A stretch of 59,056 bases of DNA, filler included. It is 6 parts of 6 records of this genome, joined end to end, with 100 filler letters (N's around TTAATTAATTAA, not from the genome) between each part and the next. Parts side by side here need not be neighbours in the genome. Positions count along the whole stretch, not along the records: positions 1 to 10,723 come from SRR31156797_12128; 5 more parts are not named here. One strand, written 5' to 3'. The position numbers and the translations under genes were made by a program. Positions 1 to 9,115 of the stretch are shown here, piece by piece. Under the pieces are notes generated by a model. It did no database searches and was not told where the DNA came from. It saw only the letters and a list, made by a program, of their open reading frames with translations. Numbering within the stretch: the stretch's first letter is position 1; each line of letters begins with the position of its first letter.

Positions 1-1666
1 GGATTCGTGGATTTTGCCCTATGGCTTCTTCACGCGAGTAACCGGTAACATGCTCAAAGGCGGGATTAACGTACTGTATGGTTCCATCCCTGTCAGTTAC
101 GATAACAGATTCTTCAACTTGTTCAATAACGCTTGCGAGAAGTATGCGATCCTGCTCAGCCCTTTTTCGCTCGCTGATATTTCTACTTATCGCCCTTAAT
201 GAGCTTATTCTCCCATTCTCTTCCTGAGATGTTACATTCACTTCAACGTCTATTTTTTTGCCCAGTTTTGTGACAAAGGCTATTTCAAAAATTCCAACCG
301 GCGCTTTTCTCATAATATTTTGAAGTATTTTTTCAGCTCGCGGTCGATCATCAGGATGAATCAGCTCTATTAGAGGCATTCCAATATATTCCTCTCTTGT
401 ATAACCCATTGTCTGAAGTTCAATCTGATTGACATCGATTATCAGTCCCTGGTTGTCCAAAATATGAATCATATCCAGCGCATCATTGAACAGACTGCGA
501 TATTTATTTTCGCTTTGCTGCAAAGCCATTTCAGCCTTGGAACGCCGAAAAATATTCAAAAATAGAGCTATGATCAAACAAAGAAGAATTGTAAAAGTTA
601 TGCAAACAATTATTACAAGGCTTTTATATTTCTGGTAGAATGTAACCGGTTTATTGATCACCATACTATCCATTGGTAAACTGGATGCCGCTACCCCAAA
701 GCGTTTCATTACTTTATAGTCAAAAATGTATGGATTGATGCTTTTAGTAATTACCGGCAGTTCTGAAGGGTGCTTACCTTCCAATATGATCTCAAGGGCG
801 ATCCTGGCCGCCTCCCGTCCCTGGCTTTTGGGTGTGTTAAGCTTTCCGCCTACAATACCCCAATTTAGATAAGTATCATTTATGCCAAGGATCGGCGCGG
901 CGGATTTTTCTGAGATAGTATGAAAAACACTCAAATTATCAGGTAGGAAACCGTCCTTATCCCGCATCCAGATTAAATTGATAATGAAGCTATTCACAGG
1001 AAAATCGCTTACTCTGTCTATTAGTTCTTCCGTAGTAATATCTTCTCCATTAAGGTATTCAAAAGACAGGTTTCTATTATTCTTGGCAATCTCAGAGAAT
1101 GCTCTTCTCAGGGCCAAACCGGTAGTCGAACCATCCGACATAACTCCCACGTGGTTTGCTTTTGGCCACAATTCTAAAGCCAGATTCAAAGTGGGAGCTA
1201 TATCCGTAACCTCCATAACTCCTGTTATGCCGCTTTTTTCCGCCAAGGCAGCAATTTGATAATCATTTACTCCGCAAAAAACAATTGGGGTTTCAGGAAA
1301 AAGTTTTTCTTTATGTTTTAAAACAAATAGCAAGGCATTATCATCAGTAGTGATAATTAGATCGAGTTTAAGGCCGGCATATTTTAATTCAAGCATGTCA
1401 TGGAAGATATCAAGCTGTTTTGCTCCGTTCCACCTTTTTGTGTCCATATATTCAATATAAATTTCAAGGTTTTTTATATTTTCATTTAGAACATTCCGGC
1501 ATGCTGAGACTATTGAGTTTGTCCATACATAACCTTGATGATAGGAATTGATAAGCAGTATTGTCCGTTGAGCTGAGGCGTGTGTTTTATAGGAAAGAGA
1601 AACGCAAAATATAACACCTATTGAAGTTATTATGAGAAACTTGATGATTCTTTCTGAAAAAAACAT
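1..1666 (-). CDS. Membrane sensor protein (periplasmic ABC-substrate-binding-like domain, TM, PAS domains), probably a histidine kinase; 3' end runs off the window
   Basis: Missing from the ORF track because it has no stop in the window. Manual translation from ATG 1666 gives MFFSERIIKFLIITSIG...ILLINSYHQGYVWTNSIV; the same frame at the window edge reads ISERKRAEQ...VIVTDRDGTIQYVNPAFEHVTGYSREEAIGQNPRI (PAS). Confidence 0.85.
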   Translation of the reverse strand, partial: MFFSERIIKFLIITSIGVIFCVSLSYKTHASAQRTILLINSYHQGYVWTNSIVSACRNVLNENIKNLEIYIEYMDTKRWNGAKQLDIFHDMLELKYAGLKLDLIITTDDNALLFVLKHKEKLFPETPIVFCGVNDYQIAALAEKSGITGVMEVTDIAPTLNLALELWPKANHVGVMSDGSTTGLALRRAFSEIAKNNRNLSFEYLNGEDITTEELIDRVSDFPVNSFIINLIWMRDKDGFLPDNLSVFHTISEKSAAPILGINDTYLNWGIVGGKLNTPKSQGREAARIALEIILEGKHPSELPVITKSINPYIFDYKVMKRFGVAASSLPMDSMVINKPVTFYQKYKSLVIIVCITFTILLCLIIALFLNIFRRSKAEMALQQSENKYRSLFNDALDMIHILDNQGLIIDVNQIELQTMGYTREEYIGMPLIELIHPDDRPRAEKILQNIMRKAPVGIFEIAFVTKLGKKIDVEVNVTSQEENGRISSLRAISRNISERKRAEQDRILLASVIEQVEESVIVTDRDGTIQYVNPAFEHVTGYSREEAIGQNPRI

Positions 1667-1696
1667 TTATGGAAAATCCTTTCCTGCAAACTCAGC

Positions 1697-2548
1697 CTAA
1701 TCATTTGATTTGATCTTTTCATATATATCAGGATAGAGCTCCTTCATGCAATCCGGGCAAACAGTGTGTGAAAAATCGGCTTCGGTATAGCGCGCCACAT
1801 ATTGTTCCACAACTTCATAATAACCTTCATCGTTCCGAATCTTTTTACAATTGGAACAGATTGGAATAATACCCCGTAGAGTTTTCACTTCCTGCAGCGC
1901 ATCTTCAAGCCTCCGATTCTTGTCTTCAAGGCTTCTGTTGAGTTGTTCCATTTCACGATTCAGCGTCAAGGATTTTTCCTTTTGAAGGCGAAATGCACTA
2001 ACGGCCAAATATGTAATTAACGCCAATGCCAGAGATAGAATGATTATTTCGATACTCTGTTCCATAGCACGCTTTAAGTTGGGAGTGTGTTTCGGGATGC
2101 TATCGAATGAGAATACATAGCTCAGGACAATTATGATAAAAACAATTCCCAAAGATAAATAGCCGTGAGGCAACTGCTTTGGTTTAGTAATCACCGGCAT
2201 TATTCCGGTCAGAGCCATTAAAACAGGAAATGCGACGCCGGTATAACCGCCGACAAAGAACCAATCGATCAAAATAATAATGTAATTAAAAAATAAATAG
2301 GCCCAAATCAACCAGTTGTATTCACGTCTGCTTCTTCCTAACCCGTACATAACCCAAAAGATAGAAGTTGCGATTAAAATCAAGATAAACGCTTTAAATG
2401 AAAAACCAGATAGCACCGTTTGAATAAAAAATATTGTATTAACTATTCCGGATGCAAACATTGCCGCGTTGAGAACGCGTCCTTCCAAAGGGAAATCGTT
2501 CTGATTCCCTAATATATAGTCAATAATCCTGTGATCGTTATACTGCAA
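1697..2548 (-). CDS. Multi-TM membrane protein with coiled coil and C-terminal Cys-rich (Zn-ribbon-like) domain
   Basis: About 6 hydrophobic segments, then LEDALQEVKTLRGIIPICSNCKKIRNDEGY...SHTVCPDC. Confidence 0.8.
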   Translation of the reverse strand: MQYNDHRIIDYILGNQNDFPLEGRVLNAAMFASGIVNTIFFIQTVLSGFSFKAFILILIATSIFWVMYGLGRSRREYNWLIWAYLFFNYIIILIDWFFVGGYTGVAFPVLMALTGIMPVITKPKQLPHGYLSLGIVFIIIVLSYVFSFDSIPKHTPNLKRAMEQSIEIIILSLALALITYLAVSAFRLQKEKSLTLNREMEQLNRSLEDKNRRLEDALQEVKTLRGIIPICSNCKKIRNDEGYYEVVEQYVARYTEADFSHTVCPDCMKELYPDIYEKIKSND

Positions 2549-2874
2549 AATTGTCTCCCAATATTTTGGAAAAGAAACAGTTTAATTTCTTCTGGCCTTC
2601 CCGAGCCTCTTTTTACAGGTTTAATGGAAAGTAATAAATTATAGCATTTTTGGCTCCCCGTCATTGCCATTTTAACCTAACTATCTAATAATTCGTATAT
2701 TTTACGCCTATTATATGGTAAATCATAGGATCAACTTATGCAAAAAATATTTCCAGAAAACCATAGCAGACACTGCTCGGCGTGAATGGCCTGGCGAAGA
2801 CATTTGCTGAACCTTAAATTACTCCCCTGCCCTTTTATCGGTTTTGACTGTGGGACATAACGACGGATTTTAGG

Positions 2875-2903
2875 TTGACATTGTTAGCGGCGCGGGCTAA
2901 CAT
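2875..2903 (+). promoter_or_regulatory. Sigma70-type promoter of tetR
   Basis: TTGACA (2875-2880), 17-bp spacer, TAACAT (2898-2903). Confidence 0.65.
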
Positions 2904-2923
2904 GTAAGTAACAGATACATACA
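2903..2923. promoter_or_regulatory. Putative TetR operator 1
   Basis: Imperfect palindrome TGTAAGTAACAGATACATACA overlapping the -10 element and predicted start site; near-copy at 3778. Confidence 0.7.
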
Positions 2924-2958
2924 ATCCATTAAGAGGAATATTTATACAATTTATCAAA

Positions 2959-3615
2959 ATGGCAAGCCCCGACAATAATAAAGGCGCTTCCCTGAAAGCA
3001 GCGCATAGCATGCCCCAGGGCATTCATGAACCGCGCGTTCTGCCCAAGTCCGGCATGAGACTGGCGGCCGCGCTTAAAGAACTGCTCAAGGAAAAGGAAT
3101 TCAATTCCATTACCAATGTGGAAATCGCACGGGAGGCCCAAGCCAACGAAGCCTTGATTTATAGATATTTCGGCGACAAGCGCGGCCTGCTGCACCACGT
3201 TCTGGCCGAGCACACCAAGCATTTTCTGACCTACTTGTTTCAGGATCTGCGCGGATTGGTCGATCCGGTTGAAAAACTGAGAAAAATTACGTGGGGTTCG
3301 TTTTATTTTTACACCCGGAACCTTGTATTCGCCAAAATACTTCTCTTGGAAGTGCGGGGCTATCCCGAGTATTACAAGAGCGAGCCGTACGAGCTCATCA
3401 GGTATTACACCAAGGTGTTTTTGGACCTGATTACAGAAGGCCAGGAGGCCGGAAGCATACGTGACGACATTCCTCCCAAAATTATAAGGGATTCCATAAT
3501 AGGGGCGATAGAACACAACCTGCTGCCCGGCATAATATATGGCCAGGAAATTGACACGGACGCAACAGCCTATCATCTGGGCCAGGTAGTATTTGACGGG
3601 ATCCTGATAAAATAA
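2959..3615 (+). CDS. TetR/AcrR family transcriptional regulator
   Basis: N-terminal HTH (ITNVEIAREAQANEALIYRYFGDK) and TetR-type C-terminus (GQEAGSIRDDI). Confidence 0.92.
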   Translation: MASPDNNKGASLKAAHSMPQGIHEPRVLPKSGMRLAAALKELLKEKEFNSITNVEIAREAQANEALIYRYFGDKRGLLHHVLAEHTKHFLTYLFQDLRGLVDPVEKLRKITWGSFYFYTRNLVFAKILLLEVRGYPEYYKSEPYELIRYYTKVFLDLITEGQEAGSIRDDIPPKIIRDSIIGAIEHNLLPGIIYGQEIDTDATAYHLGQVVFDGILIK

Positions 3616-3618
3616 TCC

Positions 3619-3751
3619 AATGAAGCTCTCCACAGCAGGATACGGGGTATTAAAACAGAAATATGCCATATAAGCCGCAGCAACCCGCGGGAGTTAAAAC
3701 CCGCTTCATTAAACCTTTGGTCGGCCGTATTCGGTTTCGCCGAAAATGACC
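3619..3751. repeat. Composite REP-like palindromic element, copy 1 (degenerate)
   Basis: AATGAAGCTCTCCACAGCAGGATACGGGGTATT followed by GGCCGTATTC-N9-GAAAATGACC; both modules recur at 5505-5580. Confidence 0.55.
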
Positions 3752-3777
3752 TGGGAAAACTATTTTTTGAAGCAAAA

Positions 3778-3798
3778 TGTATGTAACAGTTACATTCA
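3778..3798. promoter_or_regulatory. Putative TetR operator 2
   Basis: TGTATGTAACAGTTACATTCA, 18/21 identical to 2903-2923, upstream of the CoA ligase. Confidence 0.7.
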
Positions 3799-3924
3799 TA
3801 ATTATCACATTTTACTCTTCAAAGCATAAATCAAGCGCAAGTAATTACTACATACAAAACTGTTGAGCAGAACGCGGCGACCGCCGGTTAAGCCGCTGCT
3901 AAATAAAGGACCAAGGAGAAAAGC

Positions 3925-5487
3925 ATGAAGAATCTATTGGAGCAACTAAAGCACTGGAACAGACTGACACCTGCAAAAGTATTCCAATACGATGGGGAAT
4001 TGTCTTTCACCGTAGCCGAAACCTATGACCGGGCTTTGCGGATTTCCGGCGGTCTGAAGGCTTTGGGGCTGAAAAAAGGCGAGCGGGCGGCGCCGATTCT
4101 TTTCAACGGTCACCGCTGGTATGATCTTTATTATGGTTTTTCCGCGGGCGGTTATGTAAACGTTCCGTTGAATTACCGCTTGGCCGGCCCTGAACTGGCC
4201 CATCAAATCAACGATTCCGACGCCCGGATTGTCATTATGGATCCTGAATTTTACGATCTTATTATGGAGATTAAGGACCAGATTCCGAATGTCCTTTATT
4301 TCATTTATACTGGACCGGAAAGCCCGTTTGACGGCGCCATACCATACGGCCAACTGCTGGAGGGAGAACATTACGAAGCGGCGGGACGTGATGAAAACGA
4401 TTTATTCGGCATTTATTACACCGGCGGCACAACAGGGTTGGCCAAGGGCGTGATGTTGACCCATAAAAACATAATAAACAACGCATTTCATCTTGTATCC
4501 GCCATGAAGCTCGGAGAAGAGCAAATCGCCCTTCACACAGCCCCCATGTTCCACCTGGCGGACGGGGCCATCAATTTTGCCATCACCATGACCGGAGGAA
4601 GCCATGTTTTGGTAAAGGCCTTTGAACCGACTGCAGTATTAGAGGCTGTTGAACGTTTCAAACCGACCTGTTCTTTATGGGTGCCCACCATGATCAACAT
4701 GCTGGTTAACCACCCCCAAATATCCGATTACGATTTTTCCAGTCTGGAATATATTTTCTACGGGGCCTCGCCTATATCGCCTTCTTTGCTCCGCAAAGCC
4801 GTTGAAGTGTTTGACTGCGGCTTTACCCAGTTGTACGGCATGACCGAGGGCGGTCCCATATTGACCATCCTGTCTCCCGAAGAACATCGCAAGGGGTTGT
4901 CGAACCCGGAGCATGAACACCTGCTCAAGGCGGCCGGGCGCCAGATAATAGGCGTGGACGTGCGGGTTGTGGACGAAAATGGAAACGACGTCAAGCCCAA
5001 CGAGGTCGGGGAAATCATTGCCCGCGGAGACAATATAATGCAGGGGTATTGGAACAGGGATAAGGAAACCGCTGAAGCGCTGATTGATGGTTGGTACTGG
5101 TCCAAAGATCTGGCCAGTATTGACGAAAACAGATATATCTATATAGTAGATCGCGCCAAGGACATGATTATCAGCGGCGGAGAAAACGTATATTCCGTGG
5201 AAGTGGAAGACGCCCTGATGGCCCATCCCGCTGTTCTGGAAACCGCGGTCATAGGCGTCCCTCATAAGGACTGGGGGGAATCGGTCATGGCCGTTGTCGC
5301 CCTGCAACCGGGAGCGACCGTCAATGGGGAGGAGTTGCGAAATTTTTGCAAGGAACGAATTGCCGCTTATAAAGTGCCAAAAAGTATTGAGTTTGTGGAA
5401 GCCTTGCCAAAAACAGGGGCCGGAAAAATATTGAAAAGAGAGCTTCGCGACCAATATTGGCAGGGGACCGAGCGTAGAGTCGGTTAG
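3925..5487 (+). CDS. Long-chain-fatty-acid--CoA ligase (AMP-binding family)
   Basis: YTGGTTGLAKG, YGMTE, DRAKDMIISGGENV and LPKTGAGK motifs; AAGGAG RBS. Confidence 0.93.
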   Translation: MKNLLEQLKHWNRLTPAKVFQYDGELSFTVAETYDRALRISGGLKALGLKKGERAAPILFNGHRWYDLYYGFSAGGYVNVPLNYRLAGPELAHQINDSDARIVIMDPEFYDLIMEIKDQIPNVLYFIYTGPESPFDGAIPYGQLLEGEHYEAAGRDENDLFGIYYTGGTTGLAKGVMLTHKNIINNAFHLVSAMKLGEEQIALHTAPMFHLADGAINFAITMTGGSHVLVKAFEPTAVLEAVERFKPTCSLWVPTMINMLVNHPQISDYDFSSLEYIFYGASPISPSLLRKAVEVFDCGFTQLYGMTEGGPILTILSPEEHRKGLSNPEHEHLLKAAGRQIIGVDVRVVDENGNDVKPNEVGEIIARGDNIMQGYWNRDKETAEALIDGWYWSKDLASIDENRYIYIVDRAKDMIISGGENVYSVEVEDALMAHPAVLETAVIGVPHKDWGESVMAVVALQPGATVNGEELRNFCKERIAAYKVPKSIEFVEALPKTGAGKILKRELRDQYWQGTERRVG

Positions 5488-5504
5488 GTTTATTATTATT
5501 CGAA

Positions 5505-5580
5505 AATGAACCTCCCCGCAGCAAACTGCGGGGTTTCTTAGCTTTTCGGGCGGTCATATTCTGCTCAACCGAATATGACC
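5505..5580. repeat. Composite REP-like palindromic element, copy 2
   Basis: AATGAACCTCCCCGCAGCAAACTGCGGGGTTTC hairpin plus perfect GGTCATATTC-N9-GAATATGACC hairpin. Confidence 0.6.
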
Positions 5581-5713
5581 AGGATGAAATATGCTTCCGA
5601 CTATATGAATTTTGTATTTATGAAAAGGCGTCAACTTATGCTTTAACATCAGCGCAACCGCCGCAGTATTTGTGGTATAATTGCTAACTGGAATAAACAG
5701 CAAGAAGGTATTT

Positions 5714-6868
5714 ATGCATTTTGAATTAACTGACGAACAACGGATGATCAAGGAAACCGCGGCCGATTTTGCGGCCAAGGAACTGGCGCCCATGGCCGCC
5801 AGGCTGGATGAGACCAAGGATCGCACTATCCTTCTGGCCAATCTAAAAAAGATGGCCGAACTCGGCCTGATGACCATGAATATACCCGAGGAATACGGCG
5901 GCGCCGACGTGGGCGTTGTGGCTTATTCCCTGGCCATTACAGAAATAGCCAGGGGTTGCGCCTCGACTGCGGTAACCATGTCCGTGACCAACATGGTTGC
6001 TGAAATTATCAATGCCTTTGGGACGGATGAACAAAAGAAAAAATATATTCCCAATCTTGCGGACGGTCGATTCAGCGCCGGAGCTTTTGGACTGACTGAA
6101 ACAGTAGCCGGATCCGACCCGGCCGCCATGAAAACCCAGGCCGCGGCGGACGGCGACGACTATATTCTGAACGGGTCGAAAATATTTATCACATCCGCGG
6201 AATACGCGGGCGTGTTTGTGGTCTGGGCGGTGACGGACAACGAGGCGCCAAAAGGCCGGGGCATAACCGCATTTTTGATTGAACCGGGCATGCCCGGCTT
6301 TATTGTGGGCAAAGATGAAGCCAAAATGGGACAGAAGGGATCGTCCACAAATGAACTGATTTTTGAAGATTGCCGTGTTCCGAGGTCTCAGGTGCTGGGA
6401 GACTTGAACAACAGTTTTCGCATCGCATTAAAGGAATTGAGCGGCGGACGGATAGGCGTTGCTTCCATGGCCCTGGGCATTGGTTTGGCGGCCATGGACT
6501 TTGCAGTCGGCTATGCCAAGGAGAGAGAGCAATTCGGCCGCCCCATATCCGATTTTCAGGCCATTCAGTGGATGATCGCGGATTCGCACACGGAACTCGA
6601 AGCGGCCAGGATGTTGATCTTGCGCGCGGCCTGGCTAAAGGAAAACCGCCTTTCGTTTGTAAAAGAAGCCAGCATGGCCAAGCTGTACGCTACGGAAGCG
6701 GCCAACCGGGCTTGTTACAATGCCATCCAGATGCTGGGCGGCTATGGTTATACACAGGATTTTCCGGTTGAACGCCATGCTCGGGACGCACGGGTGACTA
6801 CTTTGTACGAAGGAACAAGCGAGGTTCAACGTTTGGTTATCGCCAGGGAATTGTTGAGTAATACCTGA
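5714..6868 (+). CDS. Acyl-CoA dehydrogenase (short/branched-chain type)
   Basis: GAFGLTETVAGSD, NGSKIFITS, REQFGRPI, catalytic LYEGTSEVQR; probable ATG at 5714 after GAAGG. Confidence 0.93.
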   Translation: MHFELTDEQRMIKETAADFAAKELAPMAARLDETKDRTILLANLKKMAELGLMTMNIPEEYGGADVGVVAYSLAITEIARGCASTAVTMSVTNMVAEIINAFGTDEQKKKYIPNLADGRFSAGAFGLTETVAGSDPAAMKTQAAADGDDYILNGSKIFITSAEYAGVFVVWAVTDNEAPKGRGITAFLIEPGMPGFIVGKDEAKMGQKGSSTNELIFEDCRVPRSQVLGDLNNSFRIALKELSGGRIGVASMALGIGLAAMDFAVGYAKEREQFGRPISDFQAIQWMIADSHTELEAARMLILRAAWLKENRLSFVKEASMAKLYATEAANRACYNAIQMLGGYGYTQDFPVERHARDARVTTLYEGTSEVQRLVIARELLSNT

Positions 6869-6901
6869 CTATTAATTGGACTGACATAATCCCGATTATG
6901 C

Positions 6902-6921
6902 GGCGCCCAAGTAGGGCGCCG
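6902..6921. terminator. Hairpin between convergent genes, possible terminator
   Basis: GGCGCCC-AAGTA-GGGCGCC stem-loop. Confidence 0.45.
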
Positions 6922-6942
6922 AAACAATAAATAATCTCAATT

Positions 6943-8919
6943 TTAACCTACGATTGCTATCGTGCATTTCGGCAATTCTTTAAGCAGAGCTTCCGAGACG
7001 CTGCCCAGAATCCTTCGGCGCATACGGGCAAGGCCGCCGCGCCTGCCGATAATCAAACTGCCGTACTGTCCATTTTCAGCTTCATCGAGTAAGGCATCAG
7101 CCACATTTGATTCGATGCCGGGGTTGATAATTTCAAGATCAGTCAACGGATCCATATCAAGCTTCTCACGGATTCCGGCCCACTTTTCAGCAGCTTCATC
7201 AGGTTTTCGGGTAACATGAACGAATCGATATTCAACATCTTTCCGTCCCTGAAACATAGACAAGGCGATTCTGATCTGCATTAAGGTGAAGGTGGAAAGA
7301 TCGCACGGGATCAGGACTTTTTTCACATCAGGGTGCACGCCTCCCCTAACCACAACGACATCCGAAGGAGTTTTTAAAACAAGCTGTTTTTTCCATTCCG
7401 ATTTTTCATCATGCATGATGCTGATAAAACCAAAGTTATCCTTTAAGTGTTCCAATACCTTATCAATTGGGTCCTGAATACCGTCTAAAAAGAAAAATTC
7501 CAATTTTTCCCTTTCAAGATGGGCTTGAAGATACTGTTCAAACAATTTTGCATATGCTTTTGCAGCCTCACTGAAACCTGCTTCTTCACCCGTATCCAGA
7601 AACAGGAGACGATCAAGAATATCCTTGTTTATCGGAACCCTTTGCCGGATTTGATTACTCGCTATCTCAAGATCTGAAATGGAAGATAATACTACAAGCG
7701 TGCGGTAGCTGTGTCTCGACGTAAAACGCGTTTCGAGCTTTATTCGGTTCTGCACTATTATCGGCCAGCGTTCGCAAATTACGCTCTCGCCGAGAGCAAC
7801 ATTTTTAAAACAGGTATTACAGTTTTTGCACCCGGTTATACTTTCCTTTGTTTTGGCCTTTTTTATCCAATCCACATCGGCTAATAACGGCCTGCCCAGT
7901 CCTATCAGATCGGCGTCCTCGTTTTGCAGTATTTTTTCAGCCAGCAATGGGGATACTATCCGCCCTGAAATAACAACCGGTATATTGACATGCTTTCGAA
8001 GGGATCCGGCCGGCCCGGAAAGATAGCCCGGCCGGGCCAATTGTTTAGCGACATCCGGAGTAAACATGGATTGGTAGGCGCCGGCTGTCGCGGACAGGTA
8101 CGCGGCTCCGTGTTGTTCAAGCTTAACCGCGAATTCAATCGCTTCTGTAGGCGATATCCCATTTTCAGTTTTTTCGTCCAAAATCAGCCGAAATCCGACA
8201 GGGACTTGGTATGGCAGCCTGTTTTTAATTTCTTCCAATATTTTAAGAGGGAAACGCATGCGGTCTTCAGGCGTTCCGCCCCACGGAGTTTTCCTTCTGT
8301 TTGTAGCGGAGGATAAAAATTGAGCGATCAGATAGCCCGTGGCGCCGTGCAGTTCAATCATGTCAAAGCCGGCCTGAACAGCCCTGTCTGCTGAATCTCC
8401 AAACATGGCAATGACCTTCAGAATGTCGTCATCGGTCATTTGATGCGTCCAACCCGCGGTCATTTTAGCGACATGCGCGGTTAAACCGAATCTCTTTACA
8501 AAGGGAAAACTTTCCATGAAGTTCTTGAGCGTTGAAATGCTGTTTACTATTTCATTGGAATCAATGGCGGAAGGCAACAAGGGATGATCGGTGATTGCAT
8601 ATCGCCCCGCATGATTTAATTGCACGCAGGCTGCAGCGCCGTTTTCCCTGATGACGTCCGCTAGACGGCTGAGCCCTTCAATATGCTTGTCATGATCAAG
8701 CAGAAGGCTGCGTTGGGAAGTCCGGGCGTTTTCCGCCACAGCCACGTTCGGAACCACAACAACAGCGGCTCCGGATCCGGCCAGGCGCCGATAGTGTTCC
8801 AGCATCAGGGGAGAAACCCTGGCATCAGGCAGAGCGTAACCGGTAAAAACAGGAAGAGCAATTACCCTGTTTTTAAGTTTAAGGCCTTGAATACTTGTTG
8901 GGCTGAACAGCTTTTCCAT
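6943..8919 (-). CDS. NADH:flavin oxidoreductase (Old Yellow Enzyme family) with Fe-S motif fused to C-terminal universal-stress-protein-like domain(s)
   Basis: QLNHAGR, ELHGATGYLIAQFLS, GLGRPLLAD; CKNCNTC-x11-C; C-terminal KKVLIPCDLS and LIIGRRGG...ILGSVSEALL (USP signature). Confidence 0.85.
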   Translation of the reverse strand: MEKLFSPTSIQGLKLKNRVIALPVFTGYALPDARVSPLMLEHYRRLAGSGAAVVVVPNVAVAENARTSQRSLLLDHDKHIEGLSRLADVIRENGAAACVQLNHAGRYAITDHPLLPSAIDSNEIVNSISTLKNFMESFPFVKRFGLTAHVAKMTAGWTHQMTDDDILKVIAMFGDSADRAVQAGFDMIELHGATGYLIAQFLSSATNRRKTPWGGTPEDRMRFPLKILEEIKNRLPYQVPVGFRLILDEKTENGISPTEAIEFAVKLEQHGAAYLSATAGAYQSMFTPDVAKQLARPGYLSGPAGSLRKHVNIPVVISGRIVSPLLAEKILQNEDADLIGLGRPLLADVDWIKKAKTKESITGCKNCNTCFKNVALGESVICERWPIIVQNRIKLETRFTSRHSYRTLVVLSSISDLEIASNQIRQRVPINKDILDRLLFLDTGEEAGFSEAAKAYAKLFEQYLQAHLEREKLEFFFLDGIQDPIDKVLEHLKDNFGFISIMHDEKSEWKKQLVLKTPSDVVVVRGGVHPDVKKVLIPCDLSTFTLMQIRIALSMFQGRKDVEYRFVHVTRKPDEAAEKWAGIREKLDMDPLTDLEIINPGIESNVADALLDEAENGQYGSLIIGRRGGLARMRRRILGSVSEALLKELPKCTIAIVG

Positions 8920-9016
8920 ATAAAAACTTTATAATGTCCTTTTAACTTTGCGTCCCTGCCTCAAACGCGCCGCTTATTATAACATTGGAACAGTTCGTTC
9001 CTGTAGATAAATAAAT

Positions 9017-9038
9017 AACCACCGGCGAGCCGGTGGTT
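9017..9038. repeat. Palindromic hairpin (REP-like or terminator)
   Basis: AACCACCGGC-GA-GCCGGTGGTT. Confidence 0.45.
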
Positions 9039-9115
9039 TAACTTATCAATTAACAGCGGTTGAGTATTACTATTTTGCTTGATACTGAATCTTGTATTTT
9101 AATGACTGGTTGCAA

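Noticed and set aside
14-1259. Plus-strand ORFs 14-199 and 978-1259
   Set aside because: They lie antisense to the real minus-strand sensor gene (1-1666) that the track missed.
2835-3669. 246-aa and 62-aa minus-strand ORFs
   Set aside because: Antisense shadows of the well-supported tetR gene with no recognisable motifs.
4675-5454. 259-aa minus-strand ORF and other short overlapping ORFs throughout the window
   Set aside because: Antisense or alternate-frame shadows of clearly identifiable genes.
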